The position numbers and the translations under genes were made by a program. A DNA stretch of 63,223 bases, the filler included, from Neoconidiobolus thromboides FSU 785 (taxonomy: Eukaryota; Fungi; Entomophthoromycota): NCBI GenBank assembly GCA_025603075.1. It is 5 parts of 5 records of this genome, joined end to end, with 100 filler letters (N's around TTAATTAATTAA, not from the genome) between each part and the next. Parts side by side here need not be neighbours in the genome. Positions count along the whole stretch, not along the records: positions 22,521 to 31,017 come from MU626682.1; positions 31,118 to 59,622 come from MU626496.1; 3 more parts are not named here. One strand, 5' to 3'. Numbering within the stretch: position 1 is the stretch's first letter; the number at the start of each line of letters is the position of its first letter. Positions 25,735-37,023 of the stretch are shown piece after piece. The notes under the pieces were generated by a model that had not been told where the DNA came from, did no database searches, and saw only the letters and a program-made list of their open reading frames with translations.

Positions 25735-26996
25735 TTATAAACTTTTAATTAAATTTTCACAAGCTTCTGTATTTTGATATTCAATATCAATATTTAAATT
25801 ATCGGTACTATTAACTTCTAAAGCAGCTAATTCAAATTCCCCATCAATATCTAATAAAAAAATAAACATTTCAATAAACTGAATTTAATCAAAATCACCA
25901 ACTTACTTATTTCTTCTATTTCTTGATTAATCTCCTGTTTTTTAACAACTCTATAATAAATCACTCTTAATGCATGATATATTGTAGGATCCAAAAAAAA
26001 CACTAAAAAATTGAACATGCCTAAAAAACTACCTGTAATATAAGTAACAATCTCTAATTTATCAGATGTAAAGTCAAATAGATCATAAGCTGTTTGACTA
26101 ATTACTAAGCCAGAATGAGTTATTATCATAACTAAGGGATAAAGGGAGCTAACCAAAACATACCATTAATACAATGTTAACTAAAAACATGAAACAATAA
26201 TAAAACTACAATTACATTCTCGAAATCAATCTTGAAATTTGTTTAATATCTTTTTTCGATAACGAATCTCCATAAACTTCTCCTTGTTTTCTAATTCTAT
26301 TAATTTGACGATAATGTTGGAAAGATACTAAGATGACTATAGTCAATAGATAAATCATACACAGTATCATTATAAATACATTGGTAAAAAAATTTAATAA
26401 TTTTCCATAAGTTTCATCTGAAGAAGCTATATAACATTGATCATAACTACCAAATCCTATTACCCCCATTGCTACATTAAAATTAACAAGTTGATAAATA
26501 TTCAATAAAAATAAAATCCAACTTACCCAACGGTGGTAATGTAATTAATAGCGTGAGCCCCACCGTACCCAACCAATACCTTAACTCAATTTCTCTCGTT
26601 ACTTTAATATTATGCAAAAATATTAATTGCAAATTCAATCCAATAGCAGCATTCAAAAAACAATAAAATAATGGGAATGAAAATAATTGATAAGCAATAA
26701 AAGTACACAATGGAGATCCTTCATAATTATAGGGTCGATTCCATAACGGTAACGAATGTAACCATATATCATAACAGGTAACACCTGTTTGTAATCGTAA
26801 AGTGACTCTATCCACTAGCTTAAAATCATAAATAGCTATTTGGATTTAGTATTTGTAATAATAAACATATGTATTTTTAAAATTTACATAATATTATCAT
26901 AGTTAATAAAACTATTATCGCTAATCCTAACGAACATTTCGAAATTGCTGGATAAACCACCTCATTTACGTAGTTATTGTAGGCTTTCACATCCAT
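25735..26996 (-). CDS. 7TM receptor-like protein (resembling Git3/cAMP-receptor-type fungal GPCRs), gene A, 5 exons
   Basis: Spliced model MDVKAYNNYVNEVVYPAISK..YDFKLVDRVTLRL..GLNLQLIFLH..YWLG..CY..ISRISLYP..FLDP..LIKSL*; hydrophobic segments; GT-AG introns. Confidence 0.82.
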
Positions 26997-27259
26997 TTGG
27001 ATTATTTGAAATTTTTTTAAAAAAGTTTAAAAAACGTAATGAACAATCTCAGACTATTTATACATAAATCAAGACTTTTTTCTATCCCTTAAAAAGATTA
27101 AAATTGTATTCCAATTTTAATATGGAACACAGTAATACAGATGACTATTTTCATTTTTATTAAATCACGTTTTAGAAAGCATAACTTAATTCATTGGAAT
27201 CTATAACTCATTAAACTTTAGAGAGATTTTTTGTTAATTATATTCCAATATTTTCAATC

Positions 27260-27640
27260 TCCTACTTTTTTACAATTTCATAATATCTATCTTTAAACTC
27301 ATGATCTATAAATATATCAAAGGATAACCCAATTAAGTTAAAGACTCTTAAAGTGTCTTCAGTAGCTATGGGAAAATCTTAAATTCCGGTGAAGCAATAT
27401 CCACTATCTGTAAAAGCTCATTAAGCCAGTGTTAGGTTTAAATCAGAAATAACTGTTGCTCATAAGTTATGACAAATCGAAACAGAGCTATTAAATTTAA
27501 ATATAGCAAGTTAATAGTTCTATCCTCGAAACAAACAATCTGACATATTCAATTTTCTCAGATAAATTACTAAGATCTATCATTATTTTTGACTTTCTGA
27601 TATTGTTTGTATTACTTGAGATAATACAAATATAACAGAA
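27260..27640 (-). pseudogene. Decayed 7TM receptor fragment (TM6-TM7 region)
   Basis: LSEKIEYVRLFVSRI and TLRVFNLIGLSFDIFIDHEFKDRYYEIVKK* align with gene A KKDIKQISRLISRI and FLGMFNFLVFFLDPTIYHALRVIYYRVVKK. Confidence 0.6.
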
Positions 27641-28020
27641 TCCATACAACTAAACATTTTTCCATTGTATAAACTTTTAAAAATATGAGTTTATTCATGT
27701 ATCAAAGTTTTATTATACCAAATGGTGTAATAGAATATAGGAACTTAAGAAAAATGAGTCTAATATTGATAAAATAAGTTGATTTTTGATATTATAGCAA
27801 TATTGTGTAAAAAAAAATCGCAAATAGGTTTTAAAAGAAATGTTAAAAAAACTAGAAGATTGAGGAAAAAATAATGATTGGGATTTAATAAATCTATGTA
27901 ATAAATAACTTTTGTAATTATATGAAAAAATCTATAATCAGAAAGGATTCAACTGAATGTCATATAATATAGATTAATTTATAGTTTAAGAATTATCTTA
28001 TTATGGAGTTCGTAGCTATA

Positions 28021-28130
28021 GGGGATGTGTTTTTCTACTTGAGAATCTTATTAACATTCTTTCTGATTAAATAGCTCCTAAAAAGTGGAAAAATTGTTAG
28101 TAAAAATCTTGGATATAAAAATACATCTCC
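28021..28130. mobile_element. MITE-1 symmetric variant (two long arms, 110 bp)
   Basis: Starts GGGGATGTG..GAGAATCTTATTAAC and ends TTGTTAGTAAAAATCTT..ACATCTCC; the long arm occurs at both ends. Confidence 0.8.
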
Positions 28131-28134
28131 ATAT

Positions 28135-28233
28135 GGGAGTGGTTTTTTTGACTTCATTATTTCTTCCATTTTTTGAGCGCTATTTAAGCGGAAAATTTGT
28201 TAGTAAAACCCTTAAACACATAAATACATCCCC
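28135..28233 (+). mobile_element. MITE-1 copy (A), abutting the symmetric copy via ATAT
   Basis: GGGAGTGG...ACATCCCC; TSD ATAT/ATAT. Confidence 0.92.
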
Positions 28234-29000
28234 ATATGATGGTAAATCAAAAAGTTTGATAAAAATGGTTTAAAGGGAAGATAAAAATCCTTTTTTTACA
28301 TTGGTATATTTTTTTATTTTAAATATAATGTGCAAAAGACTCCGTATCAATTAGATTAATTATATTTGATATATAATTATAAAGAAAAACTACTAATAAT
28401 AGAATTGATGGCAATTTTACATTGTACTTTCTTTCCATCTCAAAAAACAATCATTCAATAAATTTTAAATTTCATATATTCATAAATGACATTAATCTCG
28501 TCATTAAAATTCTTAATAGATTTATATTTACATTCTTTGACTTTCCTCCATACATTCGTAACTAACTTTAGTAAAACTATTTGATTCATTAGCTTACAAT
28601 GCTTTTCACCTCTTAATTTTTTTAAAATTTAGTAGTAGTATCATTTTAGTGTTTTATTTCAAGAACATTAAAAGGCTAAGGAGGAGTAAAAGGAGTAACA
28701 GGGTAGTCTATAACTAAAGATATGGGATGAGAAATAGATGGAATAAGTAAGGGAGGTAGAGTTGGGTTACAGAACTTAGAGATAGTTTTAGATTACATTA
28801 AAGTTTTTCATTGAACAAGATGGGAGAATCTGTTGTAAATGAGTTGTCGTCAAGGAAGAAAAAAGGAGATAGGCATATGAGCATCACAATAGAAATATTT
28901 ATAAGAATGGATGGATATAACTGGTAAGAAAACAAAAGAAGTAAATGTAAGAAGAGGAAGCTAAGGAACAGAGGAAAAGGAGTATTAAATTTTCGTATGT

Positions 29001-29300
29001 TCATCCAATTTGATGGCAGAAGGGATCGAAAGTAAAAGGAATCTCTTGATTTTTTACAATTATATAGTATAGGATTTTAAATTCATAGCGTACAATTGGA
29101 TCAACGAGAAATTTTATAAAGCTAAGCGTCCTTAGAACATCTTTAGTAAGTTGTAAAATTAAATAATTATACATAAACAATATCACTATTTATAAAAACT
29201 AATTGAGCTATTGATAGCTTTAAATAATAAATAGCATTTGATTATAGTATAGAAAAACAGAGCCATAGGTTATTAAATTTTAGTACAATAAGTAAGTCAA
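29001..29300 (-). pseudogene. Decayed 7TM receptor fragment (TM7 and tail)
   Basis: VLRTLSFIKFLVDPIVRYEFKILYYIIVKNQEI aligns with gene A FLGMFNFLVFFLDPTIYHALRVIYYRVVKKQEI. Confidence 0.65.
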
Positions 29301-29601
29301 TAGTTTATATTTTTTAAATGAATTTTTCAAACTCACTGTTATTTCTTTATTTTTTTATCAAATTTATATAGTGAGATTTTCTTCAACAAAAAGAGCAATG
29401 TTTAATAGAGAAGTTACTGGGGATAATATATATATTGCAATATAATGTACAGTATATTTTTACTCAAGCATTTGTTTTACTATATAAAATTATTTTAAAA
29501 AATATGACTTGATATTGAAATAGTTAATTTTATGATTGTAATCAATCACTTTTGCCAATGAAACTCCATTGGAAAAAGAGATAGTTTTAAAAACATCCTT
29601 A

Positions 29602-29761
29602 CAGATGTTGCAGCTCTTTTAGGACTTAGTTAACTATTTATTTAAGGATAAATTTTACTAAAATCAGTTTAAAAAACCATTATGGTTTATAAAAACAAAT
29701 GAGTAAACATCCTGCTTTAAAGATTACCACAAATTAGGTTGCAATAGAGTTACAACTGCTG
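29602..29761. mobile_element. MITE-2 copy (~160 bp, CAG termini, TA flank)
   Basis: TA-CAGATGTTGCAGCTC...ATAGAGTTACAACTGCTG; homologous to 39198, 45562 and 51609. Confidence 0.72.
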
Positions 29762-30084
29762 TTTGTTGAAAATTTAACTTATCCCTTAAAAATTAAAAAT
29801 TTCATCACGAAATTAATAAGTAGAACAAAATATCATTTTTATTCATTTTTACTATATCACGTTTTGTTAAAAATAGTTTTGATTCTTAATTTAATCATTT
29901 TAAAACTCATAAAAATCACGTTTACTATGCCATAATCTAAACGTAGATTGGGCGTTTTTAACCTGTATTTACTGAGCTTTAATCATATTAATTTTTCCTA
30001 TTTTCTACTTATCAAATTCAAGTTTAAGACATCCACTTCGACCTTTAATAAAATTCAGATGTATTAAAGTTTTAATTAGAAAAT

Positions 30085-30177
30085 GTGGATGTTTTTTTTA
30101 ACTTCACTACTTTTTCCATTTTAGGCGCTATTTAAGCAGAAAGATTGTTAGCAAAATTCTTAAAAAAATACATCTCC
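30085..30177 (+). mobile_element. MITE-1 copy (A)
   Basis: GTGGATGTT...ACATCTCC; TSD AAAT/AAAT; ~130 bp upstream of 7TM gene B ATG. Confidence 0.9.
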
Positions 30178-30304
30178 AAATGAATACTATACTTGTTTAA
30201 ACAAGATTGAAAAAAAAGTTCGAAAAATAAGTATATATACAGTAGAATAGCTTAAATTGAGATTGTATAAAAAAAAACTTTTGAAGTTCAAATTACACCG
30301 AAAT

Positions 30305-31017
30305 ATGAATGAAGAAGAATATGCAGATTATATAAATAAACAAATATACCCAGTAATTTCAAAAATTTCACTTACCTTTGCTTCGCTAGTGGTGCTGACA
30401 ATGATAGCATTATGTAATTTATAATATCATTTAACTTAAGATAGATTAAAAATGAATAGCAATGCATGATTTTAAATTAGTTAATAGGGTGACTCTTAGG
30501 TTACAAACTGCTATTTCATGCTATGATATCTGGTTACATTCTGTCCCACTTTGGGCTCGCGTATATGCTACTCCCGAATCAACATTATGCCCTTTTATTG
30601 GCTACCAAGGTGTGGCTTTTCCTTTACTTTATTGCTTTCTTAACCTTTGTATTGGAATCAATTTACAATTAGTTTTTATACATGGAGTTAAAACGACAAA
30701 TAAAATTGAAGCAGCTTACTGGATTGGATCCATTTTACTTACTCTAATAATTACTATTCCACCACTTGGTATATTAATCTCTTATGTACTTATAAATTTA
30801 TACTAATATAATCTATATAGCTATGGGACTGTTTGGATATAGTGATTTCAATGGATGTTATCTTAAAACAGACGATGAAGCTTTTGCTAGAACATTTCAT
30901 TTCTTTACCAACCCTTTAGTTATGTTTGTTTGTATGGCTTATTTGTTAATCGTTGTGATTTTAGTATTGATAAAATTATATCGTGGATTAACTATAACAG
31001 AAGAGCAAAAACTGGCA
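30305..31017 (+). CDS. 7TM receptor-like protein gene B (3' end cut by contig edge)
   Basis: MNEEEYADYINKQIYPVISK; HDFKLVNRVTLRLQ; GINLQLVFIH; YWIG; first two intron positions shared with gene A. Confidence 0.8.
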
Positions 31018-31117
31018 NNNNNNNNNNNNNNNNNNNNNNNNNNNNNNNNNNNNNNNNNNNNTTAATTAATTAANNNNNNNNNNNNNNNNNNNNNNNNNNN
31101 NNNNNNNNNNNNNNNNN
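31018..31117. other. Artificial contig-joining spacer
   Basis: 44N-TTAATTAATTAA-44N. Confidence 0.97.
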
Positions 31118-31552
31118 GAATATGAGAATGAAGTAGCCAAAATGGATAAAGATAGAGAAGAAGCATGGAAAAAAAGTGATGAGGAGTTTAAAGCGAGGAG
31201 TACTCAAATAGACAATGATAACAATCGAAGATTTGAACAAGAACTAAATAGGGCTAAAGATAATTTCCCATCCATTTTCGATAACATTCCTTCAAAGTCT
31301 GATAACCCTAAACCAACCCCGATTGCGAATCCAGAACCTAAGAAAGAAGAACCTAAAAAAGAAGAACCTAAAAAAGAAGAACCTAAAAAAGAAGAATCTA
31401 AAAAAGAAACCTCAATAATGAACATTGGAAATAGCTTCAAATGTGACTTTGATTGTTCAAGTATACAAAATAGATGTAAATTTGACTGTTTTCCAAATGA
31501 TTGTAATGATCAATGCACTAAAGCCTATCAAGAATGTAAATCCAAATGCTAA
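31118..31552 (+). CDS. 3' part of a protein with charged helix, EPKKE repeats and an 8-Cys (CX3C)4 C-terminal domain
   Basis: Open frame from contig start; 15-bp tandem repeats encoding EPKKE; ends CDFDCSSIQNRCKFDCFPNDCNDQCTKAYQECKSKC*. Confidence 0.75.
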   Translation, partial: EYENEVAKMDKDREEAWKKSDEEFKARSTQIDNDNNRRFEQELNRAKDNFPSIFDNIPSKSDNPKPTPIANPEPKKEEPKKEEPKKEEPKKEESKKETSIMNIGNSFKCDFDCSSIQNRCKFDCFPNDCNDQCTKAYQECKSKC

Positions 31553-31723
31553 TAATAAAGAAATAAATAATTGAACGGATTTTGTATTTTCTTATACTTG
31601 CTTTCGATATTCTTGTTTAACTTTAAGCTATTATTGTATAATTTTTACTTTAAAAAAGAACTTTATGTGAAAACTATATGCCCACTATAATATTAATTAA
31701 GTTAGTAAGAATCTTTTAGATAT

Positions 31724-31820
31724 GGGGATGTGTTTTTTCGTTTAAAAATTTTGCTACAATCTTTCCACTCAAATAGCGCTTAAAAAATAGAAAAATAATG
31801 AAACTAAAAAAAACAACCCC
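31724..31820 (-). mobile_element. MITE-1 copy (B)
   Basis: GGGGATGTG...CAACCCC; TSD ATAT/ATAT. Confidence 0.9.
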
Positions 31821-31839
31821 ATATATTTAGTTAGTATTT

Positions 31840-31937
31840 GGAAGTGTTTTTTTGATTTCATTTTTTTTTCCATTTTTTAAGCGCTATTTAAGCGGAAAAT
31901 TTGTTAGTGAAATTCTTAAACACAAAAATACATCCCC
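31840..31937 (+). mobile_element. MITE-1 copy (A)
   Basis: GGAAGTGTT...ACATCCCC; TSD ATTT/ATTT; 19 bp from and inverted to the previous copy. Confidence 0.92.
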
Positions 31938-32091
31938 ATTTAATAACATTTCATCAATATAAAGTATCAATAAAAATAAAATCTCATTCATACTATTTTA
32001 TATCAAGAAGTGTATTGATCAACTTTAAACAACTAAATGAGTTTTCAAAATAGATTTTACTCTGTATCTAAAGTCATTTGTTTTAGTATAT

Positions 32092-32190
32092 GGGGACATT
32101 TTTTTGACTTCATTATTTTTTTCCATTATTTAAGCGCTATTTGAGTGGAAAAGTTGTTAGTAGAATTCTTAAATATAAAAATGCATCCCC
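32092..32190 (+). mobile_element. MITE-1 copy (A)
   Basis: GGGGACATT...GCATCCCC; TSD ATAT/ATAT. Confidence 0.92.
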
Positions 32191-32663
32191 ATATATTCTA
32201 AAAGAGTCAACCTTGCTTCTTTTATTGTAAAATGATACGATTTCAAACATCAACTTTCGACTAATTTGGAGTTAGCTTTTTTGTTTTAATATTGTGGATA
32301 TTATAGTTTTATTTACTAAAAAGTAGGAGCATGAAAGGTTTGATGAGAAATTTTAAAAAAACAAGATATTTTAGAAAAAGATTATATATTGAATTAGCAG
32401 AGTTTAAGGTTGACAAAGAGATTATTTAAAAATAGTTTTTAATTCAAATGAGAGCGGAATTCAATTCAATAGAATAACAAAGAATTTATATATTAACTTT
32501 TTCTAAGTAAAAAAAGTATAATTAACTTATAATTTAATTTAAAATAGTCAAAAGTTTATATTTACATTCAATACTTATCATTTTTTACAAATACTCATAT
32601 ATAACTATTAGTTTAAAATAAACAGATTTTATTTTTTGAAATTATTATTTAATTACATATTAT

Positions 32664-32758
32664 GGGGATGTTTTTTTGCTTTCATTACTTGCCATTTTTT
32701 AAGCACTGTTTGAGTGGAAAAATTGTTAGTAAAACCCTTAAACAAAAAACACCTTCTC
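32664..32758 (+). mobile_element. MITE-1 copy (A)
   Basis: GGGGATGTT...ACCTTCTC; TSD TTAT/TTAT. Confidence 0.87.
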
Positions 32759-34152
32759 TTATCTTGAAATTGATAAGAAATAAAGGAATATTATTAGTTT
32801 GAATTTAATAATCTTTTTGAAACTTTTGAATATTATACTTTTACTCTTAGTTTCAATTAAAAAAGTATAATTAATCAAGTTAACTAAAATAAAAGTTACT
32901 TTTGAACTTTATCTTTATATAAAAAAGTTATTGAGATTTAAATAGTTAATCTTTTAACCAATAAAATAGCTTCAAATTGGCCCAAAAATTCAATTAATCC
33001 TGTTTCTAATGACTTCATATTGGTTATTGCTTATTGCTTATTGCTTATAAAAGAGAAAAGAATAAAATTGGTTTAATTATTTTAATTAATGTTAAACAGC
33101 TATTCTATTTAAATTTAAAAATACATTAAAAAATTATTAGTAACTGATTTTAAACTATTATTTATTGTTAAAAATATAATTATTTCTTATTATTTTAAAT
33201 AAATAAAAATAAATACAAAAATATTTGTTGATTTTGTATTAAAATTCATGTTAATAATGAATAGTTTTTTATTTAATATTTTATCTAAAATTATCAATAA
33301 TTTAATTTAGTTTACATAAACTAAGAAACATTGAATTATTTAAGTAACTAAAAAAAAGGACTTTATTTTCAAAAATATTTTATTCTTATTTTATATTATT
33401 CAATTATTGTTTTTAATAAGTTCAAAATTTTGTAATTTTAAGGACTTTTAATAGCCAAAATAAGTCATTTACACTGCATTAAAAAAAGATAAATGATTTA
33501 TAGAAACCTTAAAGTCAAGAATTAAATAGACCTAATTGAGAAGTTAGTAGAAGCTATAGGTTGAATCAAAGTTATTGTTAGTTTTTAAATAGATATTGAA
33601 TTAAGTTTAAATACGCTTAGTTTTATAGAATATTAACTGAAGAAGGGTAAAAATTAGGAAGCTAACAAAAATTTAAGATTTGTTAATTGAATTTGTTTTA
33701 GCTAATATTGATATTCGATTAATATGACATTAATATAACTATTATTTTTAATATTATTTTTATTTCACCGCATTGACTATGATTAATGCTTGATATTAAG
33801 TTGTACAAGTTCAATGGTTGGGAGGTGAAGTTTTTAATAGTGTAAACAATTTCAACCCAAAACCCCTAAAATTTAATAAGGTAAAGGTCTAATGTTCAAA
33901 CTGAGCTAATAACCAATCAGATATGGGATATTGAAAGAAAAACCAATAAAATGTAAGATTTTACTCAATTTAGTATTGATATTAGTAATTTACACAATCT
34001 TGATGATGAAGCTTTATTCTTTTATTCAATATTGAATTTTAGTTAAAAAAACAAAAATAAGAAAATCAAGTATATATAACTATATAAACTCATCATCAAC
34101 TTATTAACTCTGTTTATATATTTAGTCTTCAATAAAATTAAATAAATAAAAA

Positions 34153-35725
34153 ATGAAATTTGGTGAAAAATTATTAAATTCGTTGTATGAGCCATGGCGA
34201 TTTTATTATATGGATTATAATGGTTTAAAGAGTTTGTTAAAAACTTCAGAAAATGGAGAAAGTGTTGAGTTGTCTGAATCTGAAGAACAAGCTTTTGTAG
34301 AATTATTAGATAAAGAATTAGATAAAGTAAGTTTATTTTTATTTTTATTTTTATTTTTATTTTTATTTTTATTATAATGAAAATATTAATAATTAATTTC
34401 GTTTTTAGGTAGAATCTTTTCACAAGATTAAAACAGGTGAAATAAGTCGACATGTTGAATTTTTACGTAAAGTAGTAGATGATATGGCAGAAGTGAAACA
34501 TACCAGTGATGAAAGTTATTTAGAAGCAGAACAAGAGATCAATCAAATTATTACTGAAGTTAATGAATTAGCTAAATTCACACGATTAAATTATTCTGGC
34601 TTTTTAAAAATTGTTAAAAAACATGATAAATATACCAGTTATAATTTAAAATCATTGTTTTCAGTACGTATAAGTAAAAGAGATTTTTATAAACAAAATT
34701 ATGACCGTTTATTAGTTCAATTATCTGCTCTTTATACCATTGTTAGAAATCGAGGTAAAGCCAGTAATGAAGTTTGGACTGCTGGTGGTACTCGAGATTT
34801 TGTTCGTAAAACCACAAAATATTGGGTTCATCCTGATAATGTATTAGAACTTAAGTTATATATCTTAAAACATTTACCAGTATTAGTTTATAATGCATCT
34901 AGCGATACAGATTTAGCGGATCCAGCTATTACATCCATTTATTTTGATAACGAATCCTTTGATCTTTATCTTGGTCGATTAGAAAAGCATGAAGGGGCAG
35001 AAGCTATTCGATTGCGTTGGTATGGACCTACTACCAATCAAGAAATTTTTGTGGAAAGAAAAACACACCATGAAGATTGGACTGGTGAAAAATCAGTTAA
35101 ACAAAGATTCCCAATTAAAGAAAAAAATGTAAATGCCTATTTAAAGGGGGAATTTACAGTAGATAAAATGATAGATAAAATGAAACAAAGAAAAAATAAA
35201 AGTGATAAGGAAATTGAGGCATTTAAAAACTTAGCTACTGAAGTTCAAGATCGAGTTTTGGAAAAAAAATTATTTCCTGCTATTCGTTCTTTCTATAACC
35301 GTACTGCTTTCCAATTACCAGGTGATGCTTGTGTACGTATTTCTCTAGATACAGAATTGTCTTTAATTCGAGAAGATAATTTTGATAATAAAATACGTAG
35401 TGGTAATAATTGGCGTCGAATGGATATTGGTACCGATTTCCCATTTTCACAACTAGATGAAAGTGATATTTGTCGATTCCCATATGCTATATTAGAAGTT
35501 AAATTACAAACTCAATTTGGTGCAGAACCGCCAGAATGGGTTCAAAATTTAATTGACTCTCATTTAGTTGAAGCTGTGCCTAAGTTTTCAAAATATATTC
35601 ATGGAGTAGCTACTTTATGTGAAAATAAAGTTCAACTTTTACCCTTCTGGCTACCTCAAATGGATATTGATATTCGTAAAGAACCGACTAGTGATTGGAT
35701 TCAATTTCAAGAACAAATGCATTTA

Positions 35726-35769
<44 letters not shown>

Positions 35770-36319
35770 TAATAATAATAATAACAATCAAATATTAGAA
35801 GAAGAAACTAATAATAATCAAACAGTACCAGGACTTAAAAATATGGTGCAAAGGATTAATGAAGCTAATGATACTAATAATAGTAATATTAAAAGTAAAA
35901 AAATACAATTGCCAGTAAGAGTAGAACCTAAAGTATTTTTTGCTAATGAACGTACTTTTTTATCATGGTTGAATTTTGGTGTTATCTTATCTTCATTAGC
36001 AATTGGCTTATTTAATTTTGGAGATAAAATAGCACAGTTAGCTGGTACTATTTTTACCCTTATTGCTATGAGTGTAATGATTTATGCAGTATTGATTTTT
36101 ATTTGGAGAAGTAAAAGAATTCGTCAAAGTAGACAAGGGCCTTTTGGTAATATTTTTAATTTGTATAAAAGTTTTAAATGATTAACGTATGTTTTCTTAA
36201 TATTAGATGATCCTATTGGTCCATTGATTTTAGTCATTAGTTTATTTGCAGCTATTGCTGTTAATTTTTATCTCAAAATTCAAGCTAAAAATGGTAATTT
36301 ACCACCTATCTTTTATTAA
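34153..36319 (+). CDS. VTC4: Vacuolar polyphosphate polymerase Vtc4; exons 34153-34326, 34409-36146, 36207-36319
   Basis: [30 protein letters not shown]; [11 protein letters not shown]; IRLRWYG; FVERKTH; [18 protein letters not shown]; DDPIGP TM tail. Confidence 0.97.
35726..35788 (+). repeat. (AAT)n microsatellite encoding 21 Asn in the Vtc4 linker
   Basis: In-frame AAT/AAC run between the catalytic and TM domains. Confidence 0.95.
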
Positions 36320-36630
36320 ATAGTTCAGAATATAGGATTATTTGTTTTATTATCTTCTCATTATAATATACAAACTTTATTCAATTACTTATTATTAATC
36401 TATTTGAATTAACTAATGGATTATAATAATTATTAGAATAAAATTATACTTCTTTTTATAATTATAAATTAAATGAAGGATCTATTTTATTTATTTATCT
36501 ATTTTATTTATTTCTATTGAGACTTTAAATTACTAAAAATAATCAAATTTCAAAACAAATTAGAGATTAAACATAATATCTTTAGGTTTATTAAAAGATT
36601 GTAATATATTTATAATTTTAATTATTAAAT

Positions 36631-36723
36631 GGGGATGTATTTTCATGTTTAAAAATTTTACTAACAATTTTTCCGCTTAAACAGCGCTTAAAGAATGGAA
36701 AAAATAATGAAAAAAACACTCCC
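36631..36723 (-). mobile_element. MITE-1 copy (B)
   Basis: GGGGATGTA...ACACTCCC; TSD AAAT/AAAT. Confidence 0.92.
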
Positions 36724-37023
36724 AAATAATAATTGATAATGAATTTTATTTAAACTTTATAATTATTAGATAATGTTTTAATTAACTAATATTTATAGAA
36801 TAATAATATAACTTTAATGTTTTTAATTTTTTTAATAAAAATCTAAAAATAATTTAATAAACTTTCTATTTTATAAATGGAACAATTTATTTAAAATAAA
36901 ACTAACATATCGAGAAATTCATTGATATAATTGGGTGATAAAAATAAATTGCTGAGGGTAATTTAATTAAAATTCCATCAATTTTTTTAAGATTTCATTT
37001 TTTATTTTAAAAATAATAATACA

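Noticed and set aside
35726-35788. Poly-Asn tract in Vtc4
   Set aside because: Ordinary microsatellite expansion in a variable linker of an AT-rich genome
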